From positions 1,136,342 through 1,200,341 of the forward strand of contig JAWLHY010000002.1 in assembly GCA_041690135.1 (NCBI GenBank): DNA of 64,000 nt. Direction: 5' to 3'. The DNA is from Armatimonadota bacterium. Lineage in GTDB: Bacteria; Armatimonadota; SYMT01. Of the stretch, positions 21,476-31,176 are shown piece after piece. The notes under the pieces were generated by a model. That model was given only the letters and a program-made list of their open reading frames with translations. It did not search any database and had not been told where the DNA came from. The position numbers and the translations under genes were made by a program. Numbering within the stretch: the first letter of the stretch is position 1; every line of letters starts with the position of its first letter.

Positions 21476-21913
21476 ATGTCCACCTTCGACCGTGCCGCCC
21501 GCCGCTTCATCCCCCGGAAGACCGGAGATGCCAGTCCCCTCGGGCAACTGGAAAGTGCCGTGATGGAGACGGTGTGGTCTCTGGAGCAGCCGGTCTGCGT
21601 TGCCGACGTGCTGGAGGCACTTCCCTCCGGGCATGCCGTGGCGTACAACACGGTGAAGACGACCATGGAGCGACTGGCGGAGAAGAGGATCCTCGCCCGC
21701 ACGAAGCAGGGAAAGGCCTACCTTTACCGCGCCGGCTTGAGCCGGGAAGAGCTCGAACGGCGGATCGTCGCGCACGCGCTCGATCAACTGGTGGAGCAGT
21801 TTCCCCACGCCGTGGCCTCCTTCTTCCTGCAGCCAGACCCCAGCGTCTCCGAGGAGAAGCTGGCGCTGCTGCAGGAAGCGATCGAACGCCGGAGGGAGGG
21901 CCAGGATGGTTGA
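21476..21913 (+). CDS. BlaI/MecI/CopY family transcriptional regulator
   Basis: LGQLESAVMETVW, AYNTVKTTMERLAEK, GKAYLY. Confidence 0.9.
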   Translation: MSTFDRAARRFIPRKTGDASPLGQLESAVMETVWSLEQPVCVADVLEALPSGHAVAYNTVKTTMERLAEKRILARTKQGKAYLYRAGLSREELERRIVAHALDQLVEQFPHAVASFFLQPDPSVSEEKLALLQEAIERRREGQDG

Positions 21914-22862
21914 GATCGGCTCCTTCGTGGCTCCGTTGGTCTTCGTCTACGGGGCAACGCTGGTGGGGACCGTGGCGGCTCACCTCTTCCGGGCCGGGAC
22001 CCGGTGCGACGGGCGGATACCGACCCTGTGGGAGGCCACGTGGTGCGCCTTCCTGCCCTGGCTCTCCGTCCTCTTCCTCTCCGCAACTGCCGTCACGCAG
22101 CCCCACTGGCTGCCGCCGTTCGCCGGGTTACACGCGCAGTGGCATCAGTGGGAAGCGACGATCCATCGCTCCGAGGCACTCCACGGTCTCCTCCACGCCG
22201 CCAACTGGCTGGTGCTGCTTCTCGCCGCCTGGCTGGCCGGTCGCGCCGTGTTTACCGGGGCGCGGATGCGCGGTTTCGAGAAGACGCTGGAGGAGACAGC
22301 CCGGCCGACCGCCGACCCGGGGGTCTATGCCTTGCCCGCAAGCCGGCCTCTCTGCTTTACCCTCGGCGTGTTCCGGCCGCGAATCTACGTGACGGGTGAG
22401 CTGCTTGCCCAGCTCGACCCGCGCGACACACAGGTGGTGCTCGCGCACGAGGCTGCCCATGTCCGCCGCCGGGATACGCTGGTCGGAGCGGTCCTCACCC
22501 TCTTCTACACGCTGCTGCCGCTGCCGGGGAGCAGCCTGCTCCTTCGAGACCGGCGCCTGGCCGTCGAACGCGCCTGCGACCGGGAAGCCGCGGGGCAGGT
22601 GGGAAGTGCGAACGACGTTGCACTGACCCTCGTACGGGTGGCACGGTTACTCGCACGGTACTCGACGGACGCGCCCAACGCCGTATGCTTTGCCGAGTGG
22701 GGCGAAGATGTGGAAGGCCGCGTGCAGGCGCTGTTGCAGATGCCCCAGCCTTCCGGCAGGGTCCGCCTCGCGACCGGTGCATTCGCCACGTTCTGCCTGG
22801 GCCTGATGATCGGGGCGGCCCTCTGGGTGCCGCACGTCGTCGACCTGTTTGCTCACCACTAA
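21906..22862 (+). CDS. M56 family (BlaR1-like) membrane metallopeptidase
   Basis: RPRIYV, VLAHEAAHVRRRD (HExxH), ERACD; overlaps the BlaI gene. Confidence 0.88.
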   Translation: MVEIGSFVAPLVFVYGATLVGTVAAHLFRAGTRCDGRIPTLWEATWCAFLPWLSVLFLSATAVTQPHWLPPFAGLHAQWHQWEATIHRSEALHGLLHAANWLVLLLAAWLAGRAVFTGARMRGFEKTLEETARPTADPGVYALPASRPLCFTLGVFRPRIYVTGELLAQLDPRDTQVVLAHEAAHVRRRDTLVGAVLTLFYTLLPLPGSSLLLRDRRLAVERACDREAAGQVGSANDVALTLVRVARLLARYSTDAPNAVCFAEWGEDVEGRVQALLQMPQPSGRVRLATGAFATFCLGLMIGAALWVPHVVDLFAHH

Positions 22863-22903
22863 CGCCCCGTTGACCCGCGGCCGGCGCGAGCGGCCTGATC
22901 TTA

Positions 22904-22920
22904 CTACTTTCAATCGTAGA
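22904..22920. promoter_or_regulatory. Candidate second BlaI operator upstream of the TolC gene
   Basis: ctactttcaatcgtaga; its reverse complement shares TCTACGATTGA with 21433-21443. Confidence 0.45.
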
Positions 22921-22934
22921 AGGAACCTGGACGG

Positions 22935-24233
22935 ATGGTCCGAAGACATGCCACGGCCTGGTCCCTGCTGGTAACGGCCCTGTGCCTCTCCACCGCGTCC
23001 ACCGCCTCCGACGCGGAAGCACAGCCGGAAGCCGGACTCAGCGCGGCGGAGGCGGTACGCCTGGCGTTGGAGCAAAGCCCCGTGGTCACCGCCGCGCGCA
23101 GCCGCGTGGAAGCCGCCGCCGCGGGCGTGCGCGGGGCCCGGGCGCCCTACAATCCGCAGGTGGAACTGGCGCCGGGGGTCGGCTTCACCAACGGCAACGC
23201 TCTGCTCTCGCAGCAGTTCGACATCAGCGGGCGGCGGTCCGCGCAGACACAGGTCGCCCAAGGCCTGCGACAGGCCGCCGAGGCGGAGCTGCGGGCCGCG
23301 CAGCTCCGGGTGGCCGCGGAAGCCCGCTCGGCCTACTTCGACCTGGCCCGGGCCGGCGCCATCCATCAGAGTGCCGCGGACACGGCGAACCTGGCCCGGC
23401 AGATCCGGGACCTGGTCCGCCGGCGCGTGGAGATCGGGGAAGCGCCGCAGGTTCAGGTCACCCGCGCCGAGATCGAGGTGGCCCGGGCCGAGCAGGAAGT
23501 CGCCCGTGCCCGGGGGGACGTGCGGGGTCGAGAAGCGGTGTTGAACCTGCTGCTGGGCCGGCCGGCCGAGGCGCCTCTCCGGGTCGCGGACCCGCTCATC
23601 CTACCCGAAGCCCCGGACGGCGCGGGAGAGCTGGCCAGACAGGCTGCGCGCGACCGCCCGGAACTGGCGGCCCTGCGCGGGCAGGTGCGGGCGCAGGAGG
23701 GCGAGGTGGCCGTGGCGCGGGCGCAGCGACGCCCGGAGCTCTTCGCGGACTTCGCCACAGACATCTGGAGCCTGGACCGCGACCCTCTCCGGACTCGCAA
23801 CCTGGGCTTGCAGGCCCGGCTCTCCTTCCCATTGTTCGACCGGGGCCGGCTCCGCGCCGAAGAGGCCCGGGCCCGGGCTGGCGTGCGGGAGCAGGAAGCG
23901 GAGCTGCAGGTTGGCGTGCAGGCCCTGCACCGGGAAGTCGAGCGGGCGGCGGCCGAGCTGACGGCCGCGCGGGAAGTCGCCCTCAACTACCGGGATGCGA
24001 TCCTGCCGCGCACACAGGAGCTACTCCGCGTTACCCAGGCCGGCTTCGCGGCGGGCCTGTCTACCTTCCTCGACGTGCTGGAAGCGCAGCGGGTCGTCCG
24101 GCAGACGCAGGTCGAGTATCAGAACGCTCTCTTTGATGCGGTGCGAGCGCGGATCGCCCTCGACCGTGCCCTCGGCGCCGCTCCCGGTCTTCCCGCCGTG
24201 CCCGCCGGTTTGGAACGGAGTCCCCAACGATGA
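22935..24233 (+). CDS. TolC/CzcC family outer membrane efflux protein
   Basis: Signal peptide, RPEL, SFPLFDRG, FLDVLEAQR motifs; first gene of RND operon. Confidence 0.9.
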   Translation: MVRRHATAWSLLVTALCLSTASTASDAEAQPEAGLSAAEAVRLALEQSPVVTAARSRVEAAAAGVRGARAPYNPQVELAPGVGFTNGNALLSQQFDISGRRSAQTQVAQGLRQAAEAELRAAQLRVAAEARSAYFDLARAGAIHQSAADTANLARQIRDLVRRRVEIGEAPQVQVTRAEIEVARAEQEVARARGDVRGREAVLNLLLGRPAEAPLRVADPLILPEAPDGAGELARQAARDRPELAALRGQVRAQEGEVAVARAQRRPELFADFATDIWSLDRDPLRTRNLGLQARLSFPLFDRGRLRAEEARARAGVREQEAELQVGVQALHREVERAAAELTAAREVALNYRDAILPRTQELLRVTQAGFAAGLSTFLDVLEAQRVVRQTQVEYQNALFDAVRARIALDRALGAAPGLPAVPAGLERSPQR

Positions 24234-26662
24234 TGGTTACCCTGGCCCGCCGGTGGCCCGTACTGGCAATGGGCGGAGCGCTGCTCCTGGCGGGAGCGGC
24301 CGGCGCCCATGAGGAAGAAGCGGGGCACATGCACGGCCCCGACGGCCGGCACATTGCCGTGGCCGAAACCTTCGGGACCTCGGCCGGAAAGAGCGTCCTT
24401 TCGCATCACGACCTGAAGATCACGGACACCAGCAAGTTCAGCATGCGGAAGGAAGGGGCGGTGGTGGAAGGCGCGGACGTGCACTCCGTGATCCACAAAA
24501 AGGGCGATCCGAAGGCGGTCATCCACCGCGAGCACAACGCCTACGAACCGGAGAACGGTGTCTACGGCTCCCACATGATGTACCGGGAGCCCGGCGAATA
24601 CGTCATTGTCGAGACCGTGAAGCTCCCGGACGGAAAACAGTACACCCTGGAGTTCCCGATCTGGGTTCCGGCCCCCGCGGGGACCGCTCCCCCGCCGGCG
24701 GCCGTCTCCCCGCTTTTCCTGGGTCTCGGCGGACTGGGTGTGGTCTTGCTGATCGGGCTTGCCTTCGCCCTCGGACGCTGGAGCGGACGGCAGGCCGCGG
24801 CCAAGATCGCTCTGCTGGCGATGGCCACCGGGTTGACGCCTCTTTCCGGCGCGAGTGCCGGGGAGGAGGGAGCGGGGCACATGCACGGCCCCGACGGCCG
24901 GCACATCACGGTGGCCGAGAGTTCCGGAGGCGGACCGGATGAGCCGCTGCGCGCCTTTCTCGGCGCCAACCGGGAGATCGAAGCGTTCCAGACGAGGGAC
25001 CAGTACCGTTTCCGCCTTTCCATCGAGAACGAGGAACTGGCGCCGCCCGACCCGGACCTGATCACCCTGCCGGCGGCAGCCGCGGAAACTATTGGCCTGG
25101 AGACGGCGGTCGCCGCGGCGCGTCCGCTGGCGGGCGGGCTCTCTACGACCGGTCAGGTCCGTCCCAACCCAAACGGTACCGTTACGGTGAATTCGCGGGT
25201 GGCCGGCCGGGTGCTGCGGATCAGCGTGACCCCCGGGCAGGAAATTTCGCGAGGTGCGGTCGTCGCCGTGATCGACAGCACGGAGGTTGCCGACGCGCAG
25301 GCGGCGCTGAAGCGGGCGCAGGGGGAACTCCGGCAGGCCGAGGCCGGGCGGGCGCACGCGCGGGCGGAGATCCGCCGCCGCGAGGCGGAAGTGGCGGAGG
25401 CGGAGGCCGGCCTGGAGCGGGTGCGGGCGCAGCGAGCTGAAGCCCAGGCGGAAGTTGAACGGGCACGCGCCGAGCTGGACGTGGCCCGCAGCAAGGCGGA
25501 GAATGCCCGGCGCGTTCTCGCTCGCCAGCAGCAGCTAGCCGCCGCGGGAGCGTTCGCGCAAGGCCCGGTGGAAGCGGCCCGTTCGGCCGTGGCGGCGGCC
25601 GAAGGCGCGCTGCGGGAGGCGCAGACGGCGCTCGGTAACCTGGAGAGCCAGTCCCGGCGACTGGAACTGGGCCTGAAAGACGGCGTGGTGGCGCGGAAGG
25701 ACGTGGAGACCGCCCAGGCCGCCGCTGCACAGGGGCGCACGCGAGTTTCCACCACAGAGCGCCAGTTGGCCCTGGCGCGGTCCGCCCTGGCCCGGGAGGA
25801 GCGCCTCTTGCGCGACAACCTGCGGGACGCCCGCGAGGTGCAGCAAGCCCAGGCCGACCTCGACACCGCACAATTGGGCATCAAGAGCGCCGAAGCCGGT
25901 GTCTTGCGACAGCAGAAGGCGGTCGCCGCGGCGGAAGCCCTGATCGCGAGCCAGCAGCGCGCGGTGCAGTCGGCGCTCGCACAGGTAGAAGCCACGCGCA
26001 GCGAAGCGCGGGAGGCGGACGCCCTGGCCGCCTCGGCCCGCCAGACGGTGACGGCGGCGCTGAACCAGCTACAGCTCCTCGGCGCGCGGCCCGGCGGCGG
26101 GAACCACGTGAGCATCACGGCCCCCATCGGCGGGCACGTTCACGAGCGCCCGGTGAACGCCGGGCAGGTGGTCGCGGCCGGCGAGCCCCTGGCGACGGTG
26201 GTGGACACCGAGTCGGTCTGGGTGGAGAGCAACGTCTTCGAAAAAGACCTGCCCCGCATCCGGGTCGGCCAGCGGGTCAGCATCGGCACGGAAGCCATTC
26301 CCGGGCGGACCTTCGACGGCACGATCAGCTACATCAGTCATGATGTCCACCCGGAGAACCGCGCCGTCCAGGTGCGCACGGTTGTCGCCAACCCGGCCGA
26401 GCTCCTCAAGCCCAACATGTTCGTGCAGGTCGTCATCGCCTCCGGCAACGGCAGCGTCGTGACGGTTCCGCTGGAGGCACTCCAGGAGCAGAGCGGAGAG
26501 CCGGTGGTCTTCGTTGTGGAGGCGGAAGGGGCGTACCGCCGGCGCGTCGTGCAGGTCGGCCCCACGCTCGGGGACCAGGTGGTGATCCAGGCGGGCGTCA
26601 AGGCGGGGGAACAGGTGGTGACGCACGGGGCTTACCAGCTGCTGGCGAAGGTGCGGAAATAA
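24230..26662 (+). CDS. RND periplasmic adaptor (CzcB/CusB-like) with His-rich duplicated N-terminal modules and very long coiled coil
   Basis: Lipoyl halves SRVAGRV and ITAPIGGHV, VWVESNVFE, LKPNMF; GHMHGPDGRHI twice. Confidence 0.88.
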   Translation: MMVTLARRWPVLAMGGALLLAGAAGAHEEEAGHMHGPDGRHIAVAETFGTSAGKSVLSHHDLKITDTSKFSMRKEGAVVEGADVHSVIHKKGDPKAVIHREHNAYEPENGVYGSHMMYREPGEYVIVETVKLPDGKQYTLEFPIWVPAPAGTAPPPAAVSPLFLGLGGLGVVLLIGLAFALGRWSGRQAAAKIALLAMATGLTPLSGASAGEEGAGHMHGPDGRHITVAESSGGGPDEPLRAFLGANREIEAFQTRDQYRFRLSIENEELAPPDPDLITLPAAAAETIGLETAVAAARPLAGGLSTTGQVRPNPNGTVTVNSRVAGRVLRISVTPGQEISRGAVVAVIDSTEVADAQAALKRAQGELRQAEAGRAHARAEIRRREAEVAEAEAGLERVRAQRAEAQAEVERARAELDVARSKAENARRVLARQQQLAAAGAFAQGPVEAARSAVAAAEGALREAQTALGNLESQSRRLELGLKDGVVARKDVETAQAAAAQGRTRVSTTERQLALARSALAREERLLRDNLRDAREVQQAQADLDTAQLGIKSAEAGVLRQQKAVAAAEALIASQQRAVQSALAQVEATRSEAREADALAASARQTVTAALNQLQLLGARPGGGNHVSITAPIGGHVHERPVNAGQVVAAGEPLATVVDTESVWVESNVFEKDLPRIRVGQRVSIGTEAIPGRTFDGTISYISHDVHPENRAVQVRTVVANPAELLKPNMFVQVVIASGNGSVVTVPLEALQEQSGEPVVFVVEAEGAYRRRVVQVGPTLGDQVVIQAGVKAGEQVVTHGAYQLLAKVRK
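24319..24906 (+). repeat. 36-bp identical direct repeat (24319-24354 and 24871-24906)
   Basis: agcggggcacatgcacggccccgacggccggcacat occurs twice, encoding AGHMHGPDGRH. Confidence 0.9.
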
Positions 26663-26666
26663 CGCC

Positions 26667-29600
26667 ATGCTGGACCGCGTCATTCAGTTCAGCGTCCGCA
26701 ACCGTCTCCTGGTGGTCTGCGTGGCCGTCATGCTCCTGGTTTACGGTGCGGGGGCAATCGCGCGGATGCCCGTGGACGTGCTTCCCGACCTGAACCGGCC
26801 GGTGGTTACCGTCCTTACGGAGGCCCACGGACTGGCGCCCGAGGAGACCGAGGCGCTGGTCACCTTCCCCATCGAGACGATGATGAACGGGGCGAGCGGC
26901 GTGGAGCGTGTGCGTTCCGCCTCCAGCGCCGGCCTCTCGATCGTCTGGGTGGAGTTCGACTGGGGCACCGATATCTTCCGCGCGCGGCAGATCGTCAACG
27001 AAAAGCTGCAGCTCGCGCAGGTTCGCCTGCCGGAGGGAACGACCTCCGCGATGGGGCCGATCTCCTCGATCATGGGGGAGATCATGCTCATCTCCCTGGC
27101 CAGCGAAAGCGGCGTCACGGACCCGATGGAGGTCCGGTCGCTGGCGGACTGGGTGGTCCGGCAGCGGCTCCTGGCGATTCCCGGCGTCTCCCAGGTGGTG
27201 CCGATCGGCGGCGGGACCAAGCAGTACCAGATCCTGACCAACCCGCAGCGGCTCCAGCAGTATGGGCTGACGCTCCAGCAGTTGACCGAGGCCGCAAAGG
27301 GCGCCAACCAGAACACGGCCGGTGGGTTCATCCAAAGCGGACCGCGGGAAGCGGTCGTCCGGATCATGGGCCGGGCGCGGACGGTGGAAGACATCCGCCA
27401 GACCGTGGTGGCGACCTACGGCGGCGTGCCCGTGACGATCGGCCAGGTAGCCGAGGTACGGCTGGGCAAGCCCCTGGCGCGCGGGGACGCCAGCGTGAAC
27501 GGGGTGCCGGCGGTCATCCTCTCCATTCAGAAGCAGCCGAATGCGAACACCCTCTCATTGACGAAGGAGATCGACCGGGCCCTGGACGAGATCCAGGTCG
27601 GTCTGCCGGCGGACGTGAAGATCAACCGTCACCTGTTCCGGCAGTCGCACTTCATCGAGACGGCGGTCCACAACGTGGAAGAGGCGCTGCGGGACGGAAG
27701 CTTCCTCGTCTTCCTCGTGCTGCTCGTTTTCCTACTGAACCTCCGCACCACGGTCATTTCCCTCACGGCTATCCCGCTCTCGTTCGTTACCGCCATGCTG
27801 GTGCTGAACGCGTTCGAGATCAGCGTCAACACCATGACCCTGGGCGGTCTGGCGGTCGCCATCGGGGAGCTGGTCGACGACAGCATCGTGGACGTCGAGA
27901 ACGTCTTCCGGCGGCTGCGAGAGAACCGGCTCAAACCCAATCCCTCCCCTCCGCTGGAGGTGATCTACCGCGCCAGCGCGGAGGTGCGCAACAGCATCGT
28001 CTTCGCCACGATCATCATCGGCCTGGTGTTCATGCCGCTGCTCTCGCTGGAAGGGATGGAAGGCCGGGTGTTCATGCCGTTGGGCCTGGCCTACATCACC
28101 GCCCTGACGGCCTCGCTGGTGGTCTCCCTCACGGTCACGCCCGCGCTCTGCGCCTTCCTGCTCGCGCGGTCGCGCCCCGGCCGGACCGCCCGGTGGGGCC
28201 TGCTGGGGCGGCTCCTGGACGCAGGGGGGCACGACGAGGACACCTGGCTGGTCCGGCGCCTCAAGCGCCTGGACGCGCCCCTGGTCCGGTGGTCGATCCG
28301 GCACTCCGGCGCCGTGATCGCGGGAGCGACGGTGATGGTCCTGGTGGCCGGATCGCTCTTCTCGTTCATGGGGCGGGAGTTCCTGCCGCCGTTCAATGAA
28401 GGCTCCCTTTCCGTGAGCGCGATCCTTCCGCCCGGAACGGGGTTAGCGGAATCGAACCGGATCGGGACCGCGATTGAAAAGGCGCTCTTGCAGGTGCCGG
28501 AGGTGGAGCATACGGGACGCCGCACCGGTCGCGCGGAGATGGACGAGCACGCCGAGGGGGTGCACTATTCCGAGATCGACGTGGGGCTGAAGCCTTCGCG
28601 GCGGTCCCTGAAGGAGATCCAGGAGGAGATCCGGAAGAAGCTCGACCCGATCCCCGGGGTGGTGATTGCGATTGGCCAGCCGATCTCGCATCGCCTCGAT
28701 CACCTCTCCTCCGGGGTGCGGGCCGCGCTCGCCGTGAAGGTGTATGGCCCGGACCTGGACGAGCTGCGCCGCCACGCGCAGGAAGTGCGGGACGTGATGG
28801 CCCAGGTGCCGGGGATCGTGGACCTGCAGGTGGAGCCGCAGGTGGAGGTCCCGGAAGTGCGCGTGAACATCGACCGTGCCGCCGCCGCCCGCTACGGGCT
28901 CGCCCCGGCGGTGCTGGCGGAGACGCTCGAGACGGCCTTCAACGCCCACACCGTATCGCAGGTGCTCCAGGGCCAGCGCACCTACGACCTGGTAGTGTGG
29001 TTCGACGCGGCCTCGCGCAACAACGTGGAGGCGATCCGCTCCACGCTCGTGGACACGCCCACCGGGGCGCGGATACCGCTCGCCCAGCTCGCCAGCGTAC
29101 GCAAGGCGACCGGTCCCAACACCATCAACCGGGAAAATGTGAGCCGGCGGATCGTGGTGCAGGCCAACGTTCAGGGCCGCGACCTGAACGGCGTGGTCAC
29201 CGATCTGCAGGCGCGGATGAAGGCGGTTCAGGCGGGATGGAGCCCCGGCTACTTCCTGGAGTACGGCGGGCAATTCGAGAGCCAGCAGGCCGCCATGAGC
29301 CGGATCCTGCTGCTGGGCGCCTTCACCATCCTGGCCATCTTCCTGGTCCTGTTCATGGCGCTCGGCTCGTGGCGGTTGGCGCTGCAGGTGATGGTCAACC
29401 TGCCGCTGGCGATGGTGGGTGGGGTCATCGCCGTGTTCCTCACGGGCGGAGTGCTCTCGGTCGCCTCGCTGGTCGGGTTCATCACCCTCTTCGGCATTGC
29501 GACCCGCAATGGGATCATGATGCTCTCGCACTATGTCCACCTGATGCGGGAAGAAGGGGAGCCGTTTGGGGAAGCGATGATCGTCCGCGGCACCCTGGAG

Positions 29601-29873
29601 CGCCTGGCCCCGGTGCTGATGACCGCCCTCACCGCCGCGCTGGGGCTGATGCCACTTGCGCTCTCGGTCGGCCAGCCGGGGAAGGAGCTGCTGCAGCCGA
29701 TCGCGGTGGTGATCCTGGGCGGCCTCATCAGCAGCACACTGCTGGACCAGGTGGTGACCCCGGCGCTGTTTTCCCGGATGGGAGTCGCCGAGTTCGGGAA
29801 GTCGATGCCGCCGGATATCCGGCGTGAACAGGTTCCGGAGCCGCCGGCAAGCCCGGCTCCGGCGTGGGAGTAA
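26667..29873 (+). CDS. CusA/CzcA family heavy-metal efflux RND permease
   Basis: PVDVLPDL, TLGGLAVAIGELVDDSIVDVEN, EFLPPFNEG, PVLMTA. Confidence 0.95.
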   Translation: MLDRVIQFSVRNRLLVVCVAVMLLVYGAGAIARMPVDVLPDLNRPVVTVLTEAHGLAPEETEALVTFPIETMMNGASGVERVRSASSAGLSIVWVEFDWGTDIFRARQIVNEKLQLAQVRLPEGTTSAMGPISSIMGEIMLISLASESGVTDPMEVRSLADWVVRQRLLAIPGVSQVVPIGGGTKQYQILTNPQRLQQYGLTLQQLTEAAKGANQNTAGGFIQSGPREAVVRIMGRARTVEDIRQTVVATYGGVPVTIGQVAEVRLGKPLARGDASVNGVPAVILSIQKQPNANTLSLTKEIDRALDEIQVGLPADVKINRHLFRQSHFIETAVHNVEEALRDGSFLVFLVLLVFLLNLRTTVISLTAIPLSFVTAMLVLNAFEISVNTMTLGGLAVAIGELVDDSIVDVENVFRRLRENRLKPNPSPPLEVIYRASAEVRNSIVFATIIIGLVFMPLLSLEGMEGRVFMPLGLAYITALTASLVVSLTVTPALCAFLLARSRPGRTARWGLLGRLLDAGGHDEDTWLVRRLKRLDAPLVRWSIRHSGAVIAGATVMVLVAGSLFSFMGREFLPPFNEGSLSVSAILPPGTGLAESNRIGTAIEKALLQVPEVEHTGRRTGRAEMDEHAEGVHYSEIDVGLKPSRRSLKEIQEEIRKKLDPIPGVVIAIGQPISHRLDHLSSGVRAALAVKVYGPDLDELRRHAQEVRDVMAQVPGIVDLQVEPQVEVPEVRVNIDRAAAARYGLAPAVLAETLETAFNAHTVSQVLQGQRTYDLVVWFDAASRNNVEAIRSTLVDTPTGARIPLAQLASVRKATGPNTINRENVSRRIVVQANVQGRDLNGVVTDLQARMKAVQAGWSPGYFLEYGGQFESQQAAMSRILLLGAFTILAIFLVLFMALGSWRLALQVMVNLPLAMVGGVIAVFLTGGVLSVASLVGFITLFGIATRNGIMMLSHYVHLMREEGEPFGEAMIVRGTLERLAPVLMTALTAALGLMPLALSVGQPGKELLQPIAVVILGGLISSTLLDQVVTPALFSRMGVAEFGKSMPPDIRREQVPEPPASPAPAWE

Positions 29874-29896
29874 GGTCCGGGAAAGAGGGGAGAAGC

Positions 29897-30964
29897 ATGC
29901 AGGAACGCGACACCCGGAGCCATACCCCGGCCGGGGCCGGTCTGGCGATGGCGGCGGCGGCCCTCTTCGGCGCCAGCACCCCCTTCGCCAAGCTCCTGTT
30001 GGGGCAGTTGCCGCCGGTGCTGCTGGCGGGCCTCCTCTACTTGGGTTCGGGAGTGGGCCTGACGCTCCTCTACCTCGTCCGCCGCAAGGCTTCGGCGGAG
30101 GCGCCCCTGGTGCGCGCCGACCTGCCCTGGCTGGCCGGCGCCACGCTCTTCGGCGGAATGCTGGGCCCGGTGCTGCTGATGCTCGGGCTCAGCACGACGC
30201 CCGCTTCGACCGCCTCGCTGCTGCTCAATCTCGAGGGAGTCTTCACCGCGCTGCTGGCGTGGTTCGCCTTCAAAGAGAACTTCGACCGGCGGATCTTTCT
30301 CGGGATGGTGGCGATCCTGGCCGGAGGAGTGATCCTGTCCTGGCAAAGTTCAGGGCCGCTGACCCTGCCGATCGGCGCCCTGGCCGTGGCGGGGGCCTGC
30401 CTCTGCTGGGGTATCGACAACAACCTCACCCAGAAGGTCTCGGCCGGAGACCCGGTGCAGGTCACGGCCATCAAGGGCGCCGTGGCCGGCAGCGTGAACC
30501 TGGCCATCGCCCTGCTGATGGGAGCGAAGCTGCCGGGGATGCCGGCCCTGGCCGGTTCACTGGTGGTCGGTTTCCTCGGGTACGGCTGCAGCCTGGTGCT
30601 GTTCGTGCTCGCCCTGCGGCATATCGGCACGGCCCGGACCGGGGCATACTTCTCCCTGGCGCCGTTCGTGGGGGCGGTGGTCTCCATCGTCCTGCTGGCG
30701 GAACCGGTGGGGGCGCGGTTTGTGGCCGCCGCGGCCTTGATGGGGGTGGGCGTGTGGCTTCACCTGACGGAGCGGCACGAACACGAGCACACTCACGAAC
30801 GCCTGGAGCACTCGCACCGGCACGTCCACGACCTCCATCACCAGCACGAGCACCCGCCCGGCGCGGACCTCCGGGAGCCGCATACCCATCCCCATGTGCA
30901 CGAGCCGCTGACGCACACCCATCCGCACTACCCGGACATTCACCACCGCCACGAGCACGGTTAA
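29897..30964 (+). CDS. DMT/EamA family transporter with His-rich C-terminal tail
   Basis: Multiple TM segments, WGIDNNLT, tail HEHEHTHERLEHSHRHVHDLHHQHEH...HYPDIHHRHEH. Confidence 0.9.
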   Translation: MQERDTRSHTPAGAGLAMAAAALFGASTPFAKLLLGQLPPVLLAGLLYLGSGVGLTLLYLVRRKASAEAPLVRADLPWLAGATLFGGMLGPVLLMLGLSTTPASTASLLLNLEGVFTALLAWFAFKENFDRRIFLGMVAILAGGVILSWQSSGPLTLPIGALAVAGACLCWGIDNNLTQKVSAGDPVQVTAIKGAVAGSVNLAIALLMGAKLPGMPALAGSLVVGFLGYGCSLVLFVLALRHIGTARTGAYFSLAPFVGAVVSIVLLAEPVGARFVAAAALMGVGVWLHLTERHEHEHTHERLEHSHRHVHDLHHQHEHPPGADLREPHTHPHVHEPLTHTHPHYPDIHHRHEHG

Positions 30965-31176
30965 CGGATGCTTCCAGCTTCTCGATGGCGAGGCGTTGAT
31001 GCTCCGCAAAGCGGTCGGCGGGCCAGAGGTCACCCAGAGCGTCCTGGTCGGCGGCTGCGAGCCGACCCTACTCGCCAGCTACCGTAGAGCACTTCGATGG
31101 GAGCTCGATCCGGCATTCTGCTTCCCGCCGTTCTCCGACTGCTCCTACGGCAAGGATCAGGCGCCGGGCCCAATTG

